Source: an uncultured virus (IMG/VR IMGVR_UViG_3300031419_000541) (lineage: Duplodnaviria; Heunggongvirae; Uroviricota; Caudoviricetes). From it: a stretch of DNA of 64,000 nt. The translations under genes were made by a program, and so were the position numbers. Under the pieces are notes generated by a model that saw only the letters and a program-made list of their open reading frames with translations, did not search any database and was not told the origin of the DNA. Of the stretch, positions 41,453 through 50,230 are shown piece after piece. Position 1 is the first letter of the stretch. Each line of letters opens with the position of its first letter. Location of the stretch: the IMG/VR virus record IMGVR_UViG_3300031419_000541; one strand, 5' to 3'.

Positions 41453-43354
41453 ATGTTAACTGAAAAAAGTAAAGAACAACAACAAGAAATGATACTATCG
41501 GTTATTGATATTGTGAATAGCAATATCAATGATGATGAAAAAAAGGATTTAATTGCAGGTATGATTTCCAGAGAAACATTGAAAGATATGGAAATGCATT
41601 CTCTGATTATTTTTAATTTATATCACCAAAGAAAAAATGAAATTAATCCTTCAAAATATAAAAGATTTATAATGAAATCTGAGTTAAAACTACAGATGGC
41701 AACATTGATAGAACTTTTGGTTTTGTATTGCGGTGAAAAAGCATTTCCTATTCTTTCTATGGATATTTTCGAAAAGAAGCATATTTTGTTGTATTTATGT
41801 GAAAGTATGGCGAATAATGATAAGGCAGCGATTTCCTGTTTTTTAGCAAGCGATTATACTATTGAGTCATTAAACTACGAAAAAAAACGGATTCAGGAAA
41901 AGAAAAATAATTCAAAGGAATCCTGGCTTAATGATATGCTATTTTATGAAGAATTAAATAGTCATATCCCAGATAAAGGATATTTTATAGAGTGTTATAT
42001 AAAATATTTAAATGAGAATGGTGCAACTATAAAAAATTGTATCGTTTCTCAGAAACTTAGCGAATTTATAAAAAACAGACGTCCAGATATGAATATGTCG
42101 GGCATTTTTGTTTATTCTTTAAAGGAAATGATTAATAAAAAAGAACTGACTATTTTTAAAGAACTATTAAGTGTAGTCAGTGTTAAATCATGGATAATAA
42201 AAAAAATGCTGTTAATTCATGTATTCGAAAAAATTAAAAAGAATTACAGCACTTTGGAAATAAGAACATTAACACCTTTTATCAAAACAATAAATAAAAT
42301 TGACTCTGGCGATAAATATGAGTTAATCGATAATGTTTTTGCAAAAGACACGCCTCTATACTGTTATACACAAAAAACTCCAAATCAATTGCTTTATATT
42401 CCCAATTTATTACATAAAATAACAATAAAAGATCTCATTAAGCTTATGTGTAGTGAAGATAAAAATAAATTAAATATTTGTTTTGATGTTCAAAATATGT
42501 ATTCAGTATTAAATGTAATAGATATTTATAAAAGATTCAAAGCTAAAAAGCAATTATCATCTTTATGTATAATTCCATCGTACAATAATTTGGGATATAT
42601 GAAAAACAATGGTTTTTCCAGAGGAAATAATATTTATGCACTGGCTTTTTGTAATGATAAAATCACAGCTAAACATAAAAATGAATTATATGACATATTA
42701 AGAGAGAACAATGTTCATTTTTCCGATATAACAATTGAAAACTTACATCTGTTGCAATCTCATATTTCCTCAGAAAACATTTTCTGGCGTATGATTGACG
42801 ACGATTGTATCTCCTTTGATTTATATAAGAATAGAGAAAAGTCTGAAAAAGATCCATGTCATGTAGGTTTTTTTTATAATATTTTTGAATTTTCAGGAAA
42901 AGAACAGAAAAAGCAAAAGGTCAGGCTTGCGCAGTTAATCGGAAAGAATATTGAAAATACAGTATTTTTTGAGGATGTTATTCTTGGAAATATTTATCAA
43001 GGCAATTCTATAAATGAAGCAAGAAAACTTAAAGCATTTTGTGAACAGTATTCTGATAGAATAATTACCATACAGGAAGATATTTTATTTAAACAATATA
43101 TAGACTCTCTTCTTTTTATAAATAATCAAAAAGCTGAAAATAATTCAGAGAATTTTTTTGTTGAAAATATAACCGCGCAAAAACAGGAAGCGTACTGGTC
43201 AGATAAATTTATGGTCAAACAGTTTCATGATATAGAAAAAAATTATCAAGAAGAATATGAAGATTTGTTCAGAAATATTCGGATTATTTATGAACAAAAG
43301 CTTTTGTCAAAACTATGTCTGACGCATGAGAAAAACAACATAAGAAGGTTGTAG
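41453..43354 (+). CDS. hypothetical protein with C-terminal tag
   Basis: ATG at 41453 after AGGA; ends YEQKLLS...IRRL. Confidence 0.85.
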   Translation: MLTEKSKEQQQEMILSVIDIVNSNINDDEKKDLIAGMISRETLKDMEMHSLIIFNLYHQRKNEINPSKYKRFIMKSELKLQMATLIELLVLYCGEKAFPILSMDIFEKKHILLYLCESMANNDKAAISCFLASDYTIESLNYEKKRIQEKKNNSKESWLNDMLFYEELNSHIPDKGYFIECYIKYLNENGATIKNCIVSQKLSEFIKNRRPDMNMSGIFVYSLKEMINKKELTIFKELLSVVSVKSWIIKKMLLIHVFEKIKKNYSTLEIRTLTPFIKTINKIDSGDKYELIDNVFAKDTPLYCYTQKTPNQLLYIPNLLHKITIKDLIKLMCSEDKNKLNICFDVQNMYSVLNVIDIYKRFKAKKQLSSLCIIPSYNNLGYMKNNGFSRGNNIYALAFCNDKITAKHKNELYDILRENNVHFSDITIENLHLLQSHISSENIFWRMIDDDCISFDLYKNREKSEKDPCHVGFFYNIFEFSGKEQKKQKVRLAQLIGKNIENTVFFEDVILGNIYQGNSINEARKLKAFCEQYSDRIITIQEDILFKQYIDSLLFINNQKAENNSENFFVENITAQKQEAYWSDKFMVKQFHDIEKNYQEEYEDLFRNIRIIYEQKLLSKLCLTHEKNNIRRL

Positions 43355-43369
43355 TTAAAAAGCAGTGAA

Positions 43370-43420
43370 ATTTACCAACCAAATCCGTAAAGCCTCCTCC
43401 TTAAGGGGGAGGTAAATCAC
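43370..43420 (+). mobile_element. solo IS200/IS605-type end hairpin (PATE-like remnant)
   Basis: 43370-43396 is identical to the reverse complement of 74-100; followed by CCTCCTCC ttaa GGGGGAGG taaa TCAC. Confidence 0.7.
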
Positions 43421-44262
43421 AGTCTGGCTGCTTTGATGAGTGCAGGTTCAACTGAATGTTGAGTGGTTTTTTTGAGATATTGTTGTTCTATCAGTGCTCT
43501 GGCTTTTGAATGTTCTGGAAGATTTGGTAACATATCAATTACAGTCTGACCCGATTTATTTTTATAGCTAAAATCAATATCACGATGAGTTAACATATTT
43601 GAAATAGTCTGGTCTATTTTATCAATAGTGTTGTGATTAGGATTAAATAAAATATGCTGAAAATAATTATTCGTTCCCGCAAAAGGTATGTTGGGATTAA
43701 ATCCTTTTTCAGTCGCCCATTTTATAATTTCATGATAGGAATTATGCTGTAAAGTAAAATGTTTAGTCATGTGAAGAACAAGATGATGGCTAAACATATA
43801 GCAGTTAAGATCGGCACCTGCATCAACAAAAGCGATTAATTTTTTATCAATGATATCATTGGTTCTTAAAATTTTATTTTTTTTCTTTTCTTTCATGTTC
43901 ACTTTCATAAAAAGAGACAAAGGTGTTTCGTTTTGTGAATTTACCTGATTAATAGTAGTATTTGAAAGTTGTGCCATTTTTTGAATATCAGAAAGTTTTC
44001 CACTGTGTACCAGTGAAAACCAGGGGGAAGTCATATTTTGGGGTGTCTTAGATTCATCAGAATATTTCAGAAAAAGACGGGTTAACTTGGGCATGTTATT
44101 TGCAATAACACGACCTAAAAGCGTAACATTGACATTTTGAGAGTAGCTGTGTTCACAAGGATTAATCTTCTGGGTTTTAATCATTTTTTCAAGTTGTGAG
44201 AAAGCGTCTGGATCTTTTTCAGCCGTGCGCATAAGTTCAAAAAATTCAGGAGGCAGTGACAT
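43417..44262 (-). CDS. ankyrin-like protein, family A, with C-terminal tag
   Basis: ATG at 44262 after AAGGA; GADLN, FNPN, NNYFQH, IDFSYKNK; ends AARL. Confidence 0.8.
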   Translation of the reverse strand: MSLPPEFFELMRTAEKDPDAFSQLEKMIKTQKINPCEHSYSQNVNVTLLGRVIANNMPKLTRLFLKYSDESKTPQNMTSPWFSLVHSGKLSDIQKMAQLSNTTINQVNSQNETPLSLFMKVNMKEKKKNKILRTNDIIDKKLIAFVDAGADLNCYMFSHHLVLHMTKHFTLQHNSYHEIIKWATEKGFNPNIPFAGTNNYFQHILFNPNHNTIDKIDQTISNMLTHRDIDFSYKNKSGQTVIDMLPNLPEHSKARALIEQQYLKKTTQHSVEPALIKAARL

Positions 44263-44358
44263 AGTTATCCTTGTGAATATAAATATAATAATTATTATAA
44301 CAAAAAATAAAAAAAACAGAATAGCCATATGCATATTCTGTTTTTTATTAAATTGGAA

Positions 44359-45582
44359 TTAGATTCGGGAAAGTGTTTTTTCTGCCTTGTACGGATTAAC
44401 TTCAATCAGAGAATTTAATTGCTGCTGTTGATAAAGGCTGATTTGCTCTTTTAAAAATTCAGAAAGAACAGGGTTAATTCCATAAGGATAGAAGTTTTTA
44501 TTTTCTGACTGATTAAGGAGTTCCTCAATTTTAAGCGCATTCTGACTACTTTTAGTTGTGTAAAATTGTTTTTGCTTTTCTGGCGTATTTAAGAGAAGAG
44601 AGAAAACATCTTCAAGTTGTTTTTTGTTATAACCTTTTGATGGTTTATTCATTCCTTCATAAATATTATTAATAAATGTTTTATAGTCAACGGTTTCATT
44701 AAGCTGAATAACTTCCTTATTTTTTAAGTAAGGTTTAATTATATTCACAAAAACAGGGAAATTCAGCATATTTTCAATAATGATCGTTTTGTCTTGTTGA
44801 GTAAAGACAAGAGAATCTTGTTTATTTTCAATAATATGTGCTGCAACATAGTTTAAAAAGACATCATGATATTGATTCTGGTATCGTTGCTGCTTCACCC
44901 TTTCAAGATCAATAATATTATTGTCGATAATAAAGGTAAACATGTCTTTTTTGATATGTTCGGCTTTAATATTGCAAACATCATTTTGACACCAGTTTTC
45001 ATAAGCAAGATATTCAACAAAATGATTCATTGTGTTATTAATAATTGTCTTGATTTCGTCCGGTGATGTTCTGTATTTCCCAATCATTAAAAGCGTATCA
45101 TAAATATCATATTTATTACTTTTAATAAAACGTTCATAAAGACTATCAGGAAGAGCAATGCCTTTTTCTTCACAAGCATAAAAGAAATTAAAGATATTAC
45201 TTAAATCTGACTGACTTTTGCCTGAAAGGTGATAAATAGTATCTATCATATTGATGTCTTTAAGGAGTCCTGTTTCAAGCAAACACTTAAGAGATTCAGG
45301 ATTATAAAAAGCAGCCCCTTTCTTTTGTGAGTAATCACGACAGATAGCTTTTTTTAAAATGTTAGCAGATAAACGTTGTGGTTCGAGTTCTGCAAGTGTG
45401 CTGGCAGTTGAATATAGTTTACTTTCCATAGCCTTAGTAAAAATAAAACTATAATCACCCTTAAATTCATTTACAAGTGAAACAACTTCAGTGTTATATT
45501 CTTTTTGATTTTTTATTTTTAATTCAGGAAGACTAAAAATTAGCTTAATTGTGTTCACATCAATTTCAGGAATATAATGCAT
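44359..45582 (-). CDS. hypothetical protein, family B, with C-terminal tag
   Basis: Ends LSRI; GAGG RBS and TGTTATAAT promoter. Confidence 0.85.
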   Translation of the reverse strand: MHYIPEIDVNTIKLIFSLPELKIKNQKEYNTEVVSLVNEFKGDYSFIFTKAMESKLYSTASTLAELEPQRLSANILKKAICRDYSQKKGAAFYNPESLKCLLETGLLKDINMIDTIYHLSGKSQSDLSNIFNFFYACEEKGIALPDSLYERFIKSNKYDIYDTLLMIGKYRTSPDEIKTIINNTMNHFVEYLAYENWCQNDVCNIKAEHIKKDMFTFIIDNNIIDLERVKQQRYQNQYHDVFLNYVAAHIIENKQDSLVFTQQDKTIIIENMLNFPVFVNIIKPYLKNKEVIQLNETVDYKTFINNIYEGMNKPSKGYNKKQLEDVFSLLLNTPEKQKQFYTTKSSQNALKIEELLNQSENKNFYPYGINPVLSEFLKEQISLYQQQQLNSLIEVNPYKAEKTLSRI

Positions 45583-45637
45583 AATAACCTCATAGAAAAA
45601 TATATAAGGTTATTATAACATAAAAAAAAGAAAAGTA

Positions 45638-46822
45638 TCAGAGGCGCGAAGTTTTATCCTGAGATTTAACTGATAAGGCAAGCTGGTTACTTAATGTTAA
45701 TTTTTCATAGCGGCGAATAAAAATTTCAATAACAGGTTGCAGTTCTGTATTATACTGTATTTTGCCGGAACGATAATCATTATAGAAATTACTATTTTCG
45801 ATATTTAGGTTAAAGCAGTCAATGATTTTTTGGTCGGTATCAAGGACTTTATGAAGAGAAGATTCAAAATTTTCAGAAGTATAGCCTGTTGGTCGATAAA
45901 TATGTTTAACAAAAAGTGGCATGTTATTTTTATCAGAAAGAGAAAAATGAGGAAACATTTTGAAAAAGAATTCTGGGGTAATGAATCCGATCATCAAGAA
46001 AACATCAATTTGATCAACAGGTAGAGTATCCAGTTTATTTTGCTGTTCAAGAATAATCATTAAGTTACAAGCGTTAATAGGAGTCAGGTTACGAAATTTT
46101 TCTGCATTTTTATCTGTACCGTTAAAAAGATCATGCTCAATGACATAAGAAAAGAACACAGGGATTTCTGTTTTTCTGTCCAGATAGCAACCTTTAACGT
46201 CTCTGACTCTGGAGTTTATATATTCCTGTAAAAAAATGCGTTCATTAGAAAAATAATGAGAAATGAGATGGTTTTCTTTAACATAACGGTTAAATTCTTC
46301 ACGATTTTCCTGATTTCTTTGTGCGTGAATAAGAATAATTTCTGGTAATTCCGGTAAAAAAGAGTTGTTAGTTAAAAAACTTTGATAAACTGAAAAAGGC
46401 AAGGTATGACCTTTTTCCTCAATTTGACGAAAGAAAGAAATAAGAGTTCTGCATATTTCAATTTCGTCTTCTGCTCTGATTCTGTAAATTTGTGATAATT
46501 TATCTGAAGATTTTAGAATGTTGTTTTCCAGAAAAAATTTAAACGTTTCGTAATTATAATAAACAGATCCTGAATTATTAAGTAAATCCGATTTGGTATC
46601 CTGATAAATAACACCAGGTTCTCGTAGTTTTTTGGCACTTATGTGATAGATTTGTTTAGCTAATGAATAATTTTTATCAGAAATAGCCTCTCTGAAAAGT
46701 TCAATTTCACGGTGTTTTTGAAAAAATGGTTTTCCTGAACGAATAAAATCAGGTGATTGAGCAGCATGTAATGCGGATAGTTTTTTAATGGTATCAATAA
46801 CGTTTTCAGATAAGAGAGTCAT
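45638..46822 (-). CDS. hypothetical protein, family B, with C-terminal tag
   Basis: Ends YEKLTLS...TSRL. Confidence 0.85.
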   Translation of the reverse strand: MTLLSENVIDTIKKLSALHAAQSPDFIRSGKPFFQKHREIELFREAISDKNYSLAKQIYHISAKKLREPGVIYQDTKSDLLNNSGSVYYNYETFKFFLENNILKSSDKLSQIYRIRAEDEIEICRTLISFFRQIEEKGHTLPFSVYQSFLTNNSFLPELPEIILIHAQRNQENREEFNRYVKENHLISHYFSNERIFLQEYINSRVRDVKGCYLDRKTEIPVFFSYVIEHDLFNGTDKNAEKFRNLTPINACNLMIILEQQNKLDTLPVDQIDVFLMIGFITPEFFFKMFPHFSLSDKNNMPLFVKHIYRPTGYTSENFESSLHKVLDTDQKIIDCFNLNIENSNFYNDYRSGKIQYNTELQPVIEIFIRRYEKLTLSNQLALSVKSQDKTSRL

Positions 46823-46912
46823 TTTAGTGTGTTTCCAGAAATAATTTATACATAATTATAGCATTATACAGTGAAAAAAGAATGCTATAAATGAAAAAAT
46901 TATAGATTGTAG

Positions 46913-46957
46913 TTTACCTCCCCATAAAAGAGGAGGATTTACAGATTTGGCTGATAA
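46913..46957 (-). mobile_element. degenerate copy of the IS200/IS605-type end hairpin
   Basis: tttacctccccataaaagaggaggatttacagatttggctgataa aligns to the reverse complement of 43370-43416. Confidence 0.6.
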
Positions 46958-46963
46958 GGAAAA

Positions 46964-48187
46964 TTATAAGCGATTGAGTATGAGTTTTTGTGATAAGGGG
47001 TGCGGTTCTTTTATTTTAGTGAGCGCATTTTTTTCTAATAAAACAGTTATGGCTGGGACATTCTTCTCTTTGATATATTGAATCACGTTATTTATATCAC
47101 ATTCTGTATAACAAAAACACTTCATAAGTTTTTCGAAAGATTGCTGTTTTCCTTGTTTTAATAATAAATCCATCGTGTCTGTAAAAAGATACAAATCCAG
47201 TTTTTCTGGTGGTGTAGAAATCTGGATATTTTCACGGATCAAAAAGTTAAGGAAAACATAGTTATTGTCATATTTCATTTTTTCTTTAATGAATGAAAGC
47301 ATTTCATTAGTATATAAGTTAACCAGTTGTGAAAAATCAAAATGCATTTCCTGAAGAACTTTGATACTTCTGGAATTAATAAAATATTGTTCTAAGTGAG
47401 AATAAATATTTTTATCGCAAAGAGGAGAAAGATTGAGGTTTTGAAAGTTGATCTGATAACGTGAATGATAATCACGAAGATTAACTGATGTGATTGGGCG
47501 TTTTTTATTATAACCTGAAATGAAAAAAAAGTGTGAAGCTGGCTCGTCACTTACAAAATTATTTTGTATCAGGAAATCAAGAATGGCTATGCGTTGTTCA
47601 TATGTACATTTTTTTATGGACGATGCATTAATTCGCTGAATAATACGAGGAATATTTAGCGAAAATCCCAGTTCTCTTAATGTAATTAAATCTTCCTTTC
47701 TTCCATAACTAATAGCAAGCGTGTCATAGTTGGTGAAATTGGCTTTTTGTGAAAACTCAATCGGGTAATTATGTTTTTTAATAAGATAAGCTGCAACGTC
47801 TGGTTTTCTGATAAGATAGAGCCATGAAATTAAATCATGTTTTTTATTTTGAAATGCATTCTCAACAATCGGAAAATCAGTTTCATAGAGGTAATCAATA
47901 TAGGGTTCAAAGTTTTTGCAATTTTCAGCAATCGTAATAATTAATTCGGTTGAATCATAACGGTAATCCAATAGTAGCTGAAAATCAATTACCCGTTTGA
48001 AGAATTCAACATCGCGGTTTTTAATAACAAAGAGTAAATCTTTTTCAAGGAAGAAAGGAATAGGTTTATCCATACTCGCATCCTGAAAAAGACAAGGGCA
48101 GTATGTTTCAACCGATGAAAATCGACGATAAAAATCATTTTTTTTGATCTTAAAATTCATATTTTCAGAATCAAAATAAATCTTCAT
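46964..48187 (-). CDS. hypothetical protein, family C, with C-terminal tag
   Basis: Ends LEKNALT...LNRL. Confidence 0.85.
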   Translation of the reverse strand: MKIYFDSENMNFKIKKNDFYRRFSSVETYCPCLFQDASMDKPIPFFLEKDLLFVIKNRDVEFFKRVIDFQLLLDYRYDSTELIITIAENCKNFEPYIDYLYETDFPIVENAFQNKKHDLISWLYLIRKPDVAAYLIKKHNYPIEFSQKANFTNYDTLAISYGRKEDLITLRELGFSLNIPRIIQRINASSIKKCTYEQRIAILDFLIQNNFVSDEPASHFFFISGYNKKRPITSVNLRDYHSRYQINFQNLNLSPLCDKNIYSHLEQYFINSRSIKVLQEMHFDFSQLVNLYTNEMLSFIKEKMKYDNNYVFLNFLIRENIQISTPPEKLDLYLFTDTMDLLLKQGKQQSFEKLMKCFCYTECDINNVIQYIKEKNVPAITVLLEKNALTKIKEPHPLSQKLILNRL

Positions 48188-48366
48188 GAATTGTTTTCCT
48201 TTAAAATAATGACAATAGTATATCCTGATTGAAAATTAACTGCAATCAGTTTTTTGTTGCAATTGTAGCAGGCTTTTGCTATGATTCTTTTATGGTATAA
48301 GAATCAGATTGTGGAACATTATGCAAACGTCAGTTTTGCATACCAAACCACAAAGAGGAAAATACC

Positions 48367-48684
48367 ATGAATAAAAAAAATTTTGATATCAATGTAAAAG
48401 CAAATCATGTTCTTTCAGAAGAGAGTTCGTGGAAGGACTTCTGGTTATATTTTTATGGACTCATTGAATCACAGGAAGAGCCTCGTATGAAGTCGTCTTC
48501 AGGCATGGTGACTATTCATTATATGCCATATGGAGACATACAGGCTGAGCTGGGAGGATATGATACATTGAGTATGAACAGGCATGAATATGTGTCAGCG
48601 CCATCAGAAGTTGAGTTAAAGGTTAAGATTATTGCTTTATTTGAACGAGAAAGGCTGGAATTATTGAATCGAGAAGAAGATTAA
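48367..48684 (+). CDS. hypothetical protein
   Basis: GAGG RBS, own promoter, terminator about 48687-48710. Confidence 0.75.
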   Translation: MNKKNFDINVKANHVLSEESSWKDFWLYFYGLIESQEEPRMKSSSGMVTIHYMPYGDIQAELGGYDTLSMNRHEYVSAPSEVELKVKIIALFERERLELLNREED

Positions 48685-48749
48685 TAAAAGGGGAGCAATA
48701 GCTCCCCTTTGTTAATATAAAAGTAGATTTATCAAAGAGAGGCGCACCT

Positions 48750-49205
48750 ATGGGAAAATTAACCAGAATTAATGACAAAGCAGAGCGGATACACACAACG
48801 GTAGCTGCTATGTTTTTTGATAAAAGCAAAGAACATATTCTTATGATCGAAAAAGCAGATCCTGCCTATGGCAGCAAATATAGTATCATAGCCGGTCATG
48901 TAGAAGATAATGAAACTATTCATGAGGCATTTAAACGAGAGTTATTCGAAGAATTGACACTGGAAAATGTTGAGTTTAAGCTTTTGAAAAGTTTTGTTGA
49001 ACTTAAAGATTCCTGCAGGTATGGTGTGCATGTTCATGATTGGCATGTTTTCACAGTCGATTATATCCCGGATCTTCAAAATGAAACCTTTGATAAATCT
49101 GAAATAACATCTTTGAATTGGATAAAAGTCTCAGAGTTAACTGGGTTTTCGCATAAATTAACCAGTGGTGCTTATTCGTTATTTAAAGCTATGAAATTAA
49201 TTTAA
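48750..49205 (+). CDS. NUDIX hydrolase
   Basis: AGHVEDNETIHEAFKRELFEELTL Nudix box. Confidence 0.9.
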   Translation: MGKLTRINDKAERIHTTVAAMFFDKSKEHILMIEKADPAYGSKYSIIAGHVEDNETIHEAFKRELFEELTLENVEFKLLKSFVELKDSCRYGVHVHDWHVFTVDYIPDLQNETFDKSEITSLNWIKVSELTGFSHKLTSGAYSLFKAMKLI

Positions 49206-49206
49206 T

Positions 49207-49233
49207 AAAAAAAGAGGACACTGTCCTCTTTTT
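49207..49233. terminator. bidirectional terminator between NUDIX and the micropeptide array
   Basis: AAAAAGAGGACA c TGTCCTCTTTTT. Confidence 0.75.
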
Positions 49234-49246
49234 GTTTATCTTTAAT

Positions 49247-49273
49247 TCAGAATCCAAAATCTTCTTCGGGCAT
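49247..49273 (-). CDS. acidic micropeptide MPEEDFGF
   Basis: AAGGAG RBS, ATG, shared ED-phi-[DG]-phi motif. Confidence 0.65.
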   Translation of the reverse strand: MPEEDFGF

Positions 49274-49286
49274 AAGTGCTCCTTGA

Positions 49287-49319
49287 TTAAAAATAATCGA
49301 CATCTTCGGTTTGAATCAT
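49287..49319 (-). CDS. acidic micropeptide MIQTEDVDYF
   Basis: AAGGA RBS, ATG, shared motif. Confidence 0.7.
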   Translation of the reverse strand: MIQTEDVDYF

Positions 49320-49375
49320 AATGTTATCCTTCTTTATAATGACAATGCTTTTAATCTAAACCTAAGTCTTCTTCA

Positions 49376-49408
49376 TTAAAAGAAATCAAAATCTTCTTCT
49401 TCATACAT
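49376..49408 (-). CDS. acidic micropeptide MYEEEDFDFF
   Basis: GAGGGA RBS, ATG, shared motif. Confidence 0.7.
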   Translation of the reverse strand: MYEEEDFDFF

Positions 49409-49430
49409 ATAAATCCCTCTTTTTTTAATG

Positions 49431-49463
49431 TTAAAATACATCTACGTCTTCTGCATCATACAT
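49431..49463 (-). CDS. acidic micropeptide MYDAEDVDVF
   Basis: AGGA RBS, ATG, shared motif. Confidence 0.7.
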   Translation of the reverse strand: MYDAEDVDVF

Positions 49464-49493
49464 GATTTATATTCCTGTGTGAGTTAATACAAA

Positions 49494-49526
49494 TTATAAT
49501 ATATCAACATCTTCCTGGTTCAACAT
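49494..49526 (-). CDS. acidic micropeptide MLNQEDVDIL
   Basis: TAAGGAGGT RBS, ATG, shared motif. Confidence 0.7.
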   Translation of the reverse strand: MLNQEDVDIL

Positions 49527-49663
49527 ATAAACCTCCTTAGTTAGTATAAAAGAATATGCACATTTCATGATCTCAATATATATTAAGAAGCGATAGTCAA
49601 ATTTTAAAAAAGTCATAAAAAAAGCCACCCGAAAGTGACTTTTAATTAACAATTAAAATAATA

Positions 49664-50134
49664 TCAAAAATAATCAGATTCTTTTTTCATTTTACCATTA
49701 AAAAAGTATTCGAGTTTACCTTTTTTATAGACATCTTTTTGTACGTCATCAACACTCCATCCGAAGTGATTAATAAACAGCCGCGAATAAGCATGAAAGA
49801 GATCTTCTGAAACTGAACAATGCAGGTAATCATTACCAAGTTCCTGTTGAACAGCCTTAATTAAAGCAATACTGTATCCTTTGCTTTGATAATCAGGCAT
49901 GATTTTTATGCAACAGAGTTTTGATTCTTTTTCCGTTTTTTTAGCAATAGCGAAACCTGCTATTTCACCAGATTCGTTTTTAACCACAAAAACATTATCT
50001 TCACCTAACAAGACACGTGGGATGGCTTTATTGATATACCAGTGTTCAACGTCAGGATAGAAATCTGAAATAGTCTGAACGACCGGTAAAAGTTGCATAA
50101 GAGGAAACAGAGTTGTAACCTTGGTAATTTCCAT
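49664..50134 (-). CDS. GNAT-family N-acetyltransferase
   Basis: IAGFAI, KLCCIKIMPDYQSKGYSIALI acetyl-CoA motif A; ATG at 50134 after AGGA. Confidence 0.85.
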   Translation of the reverse strand: MEITKVTTLFPLMQLLPVVQTISDFYPDVEHWYINKAIPRVLLGEDNVFVVKNESGEIAGFAIAKKTEKESKLCCIKIMPDYQSKGYSIALIKAVQQELGNDYLHCSVSEDLFHAYSRLFINHFGWSVDDVQKDVYKKGKLEYFFNGKMKKESDYF

Positions 50135-50230
50135 ACTTTGATTCCTATCTAAGAAGTTTGTAAAGTTATCAATGAATAATAATATCATGTTCAGCTACAA
50201 TAGTGCAAGCAATACCTGCACTATTGTTAT

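Noticed and set aside
43417..46822. Tag as eukaryotic peroxisomal PTS1 (ARL, SRI, SRL)
   Set aside because: Most of the 26 tails have K, N, I, V, M or R at position -3, and the upstream EKxxL helix is not part of PTS1; gene structure is bacterial.
49247..49526. CRISPR array or DNA tandem repeat
   Set aside because: Units are not identical at DNA level, spacing is irregular and there are no cas genes; similarity is at peptide level.
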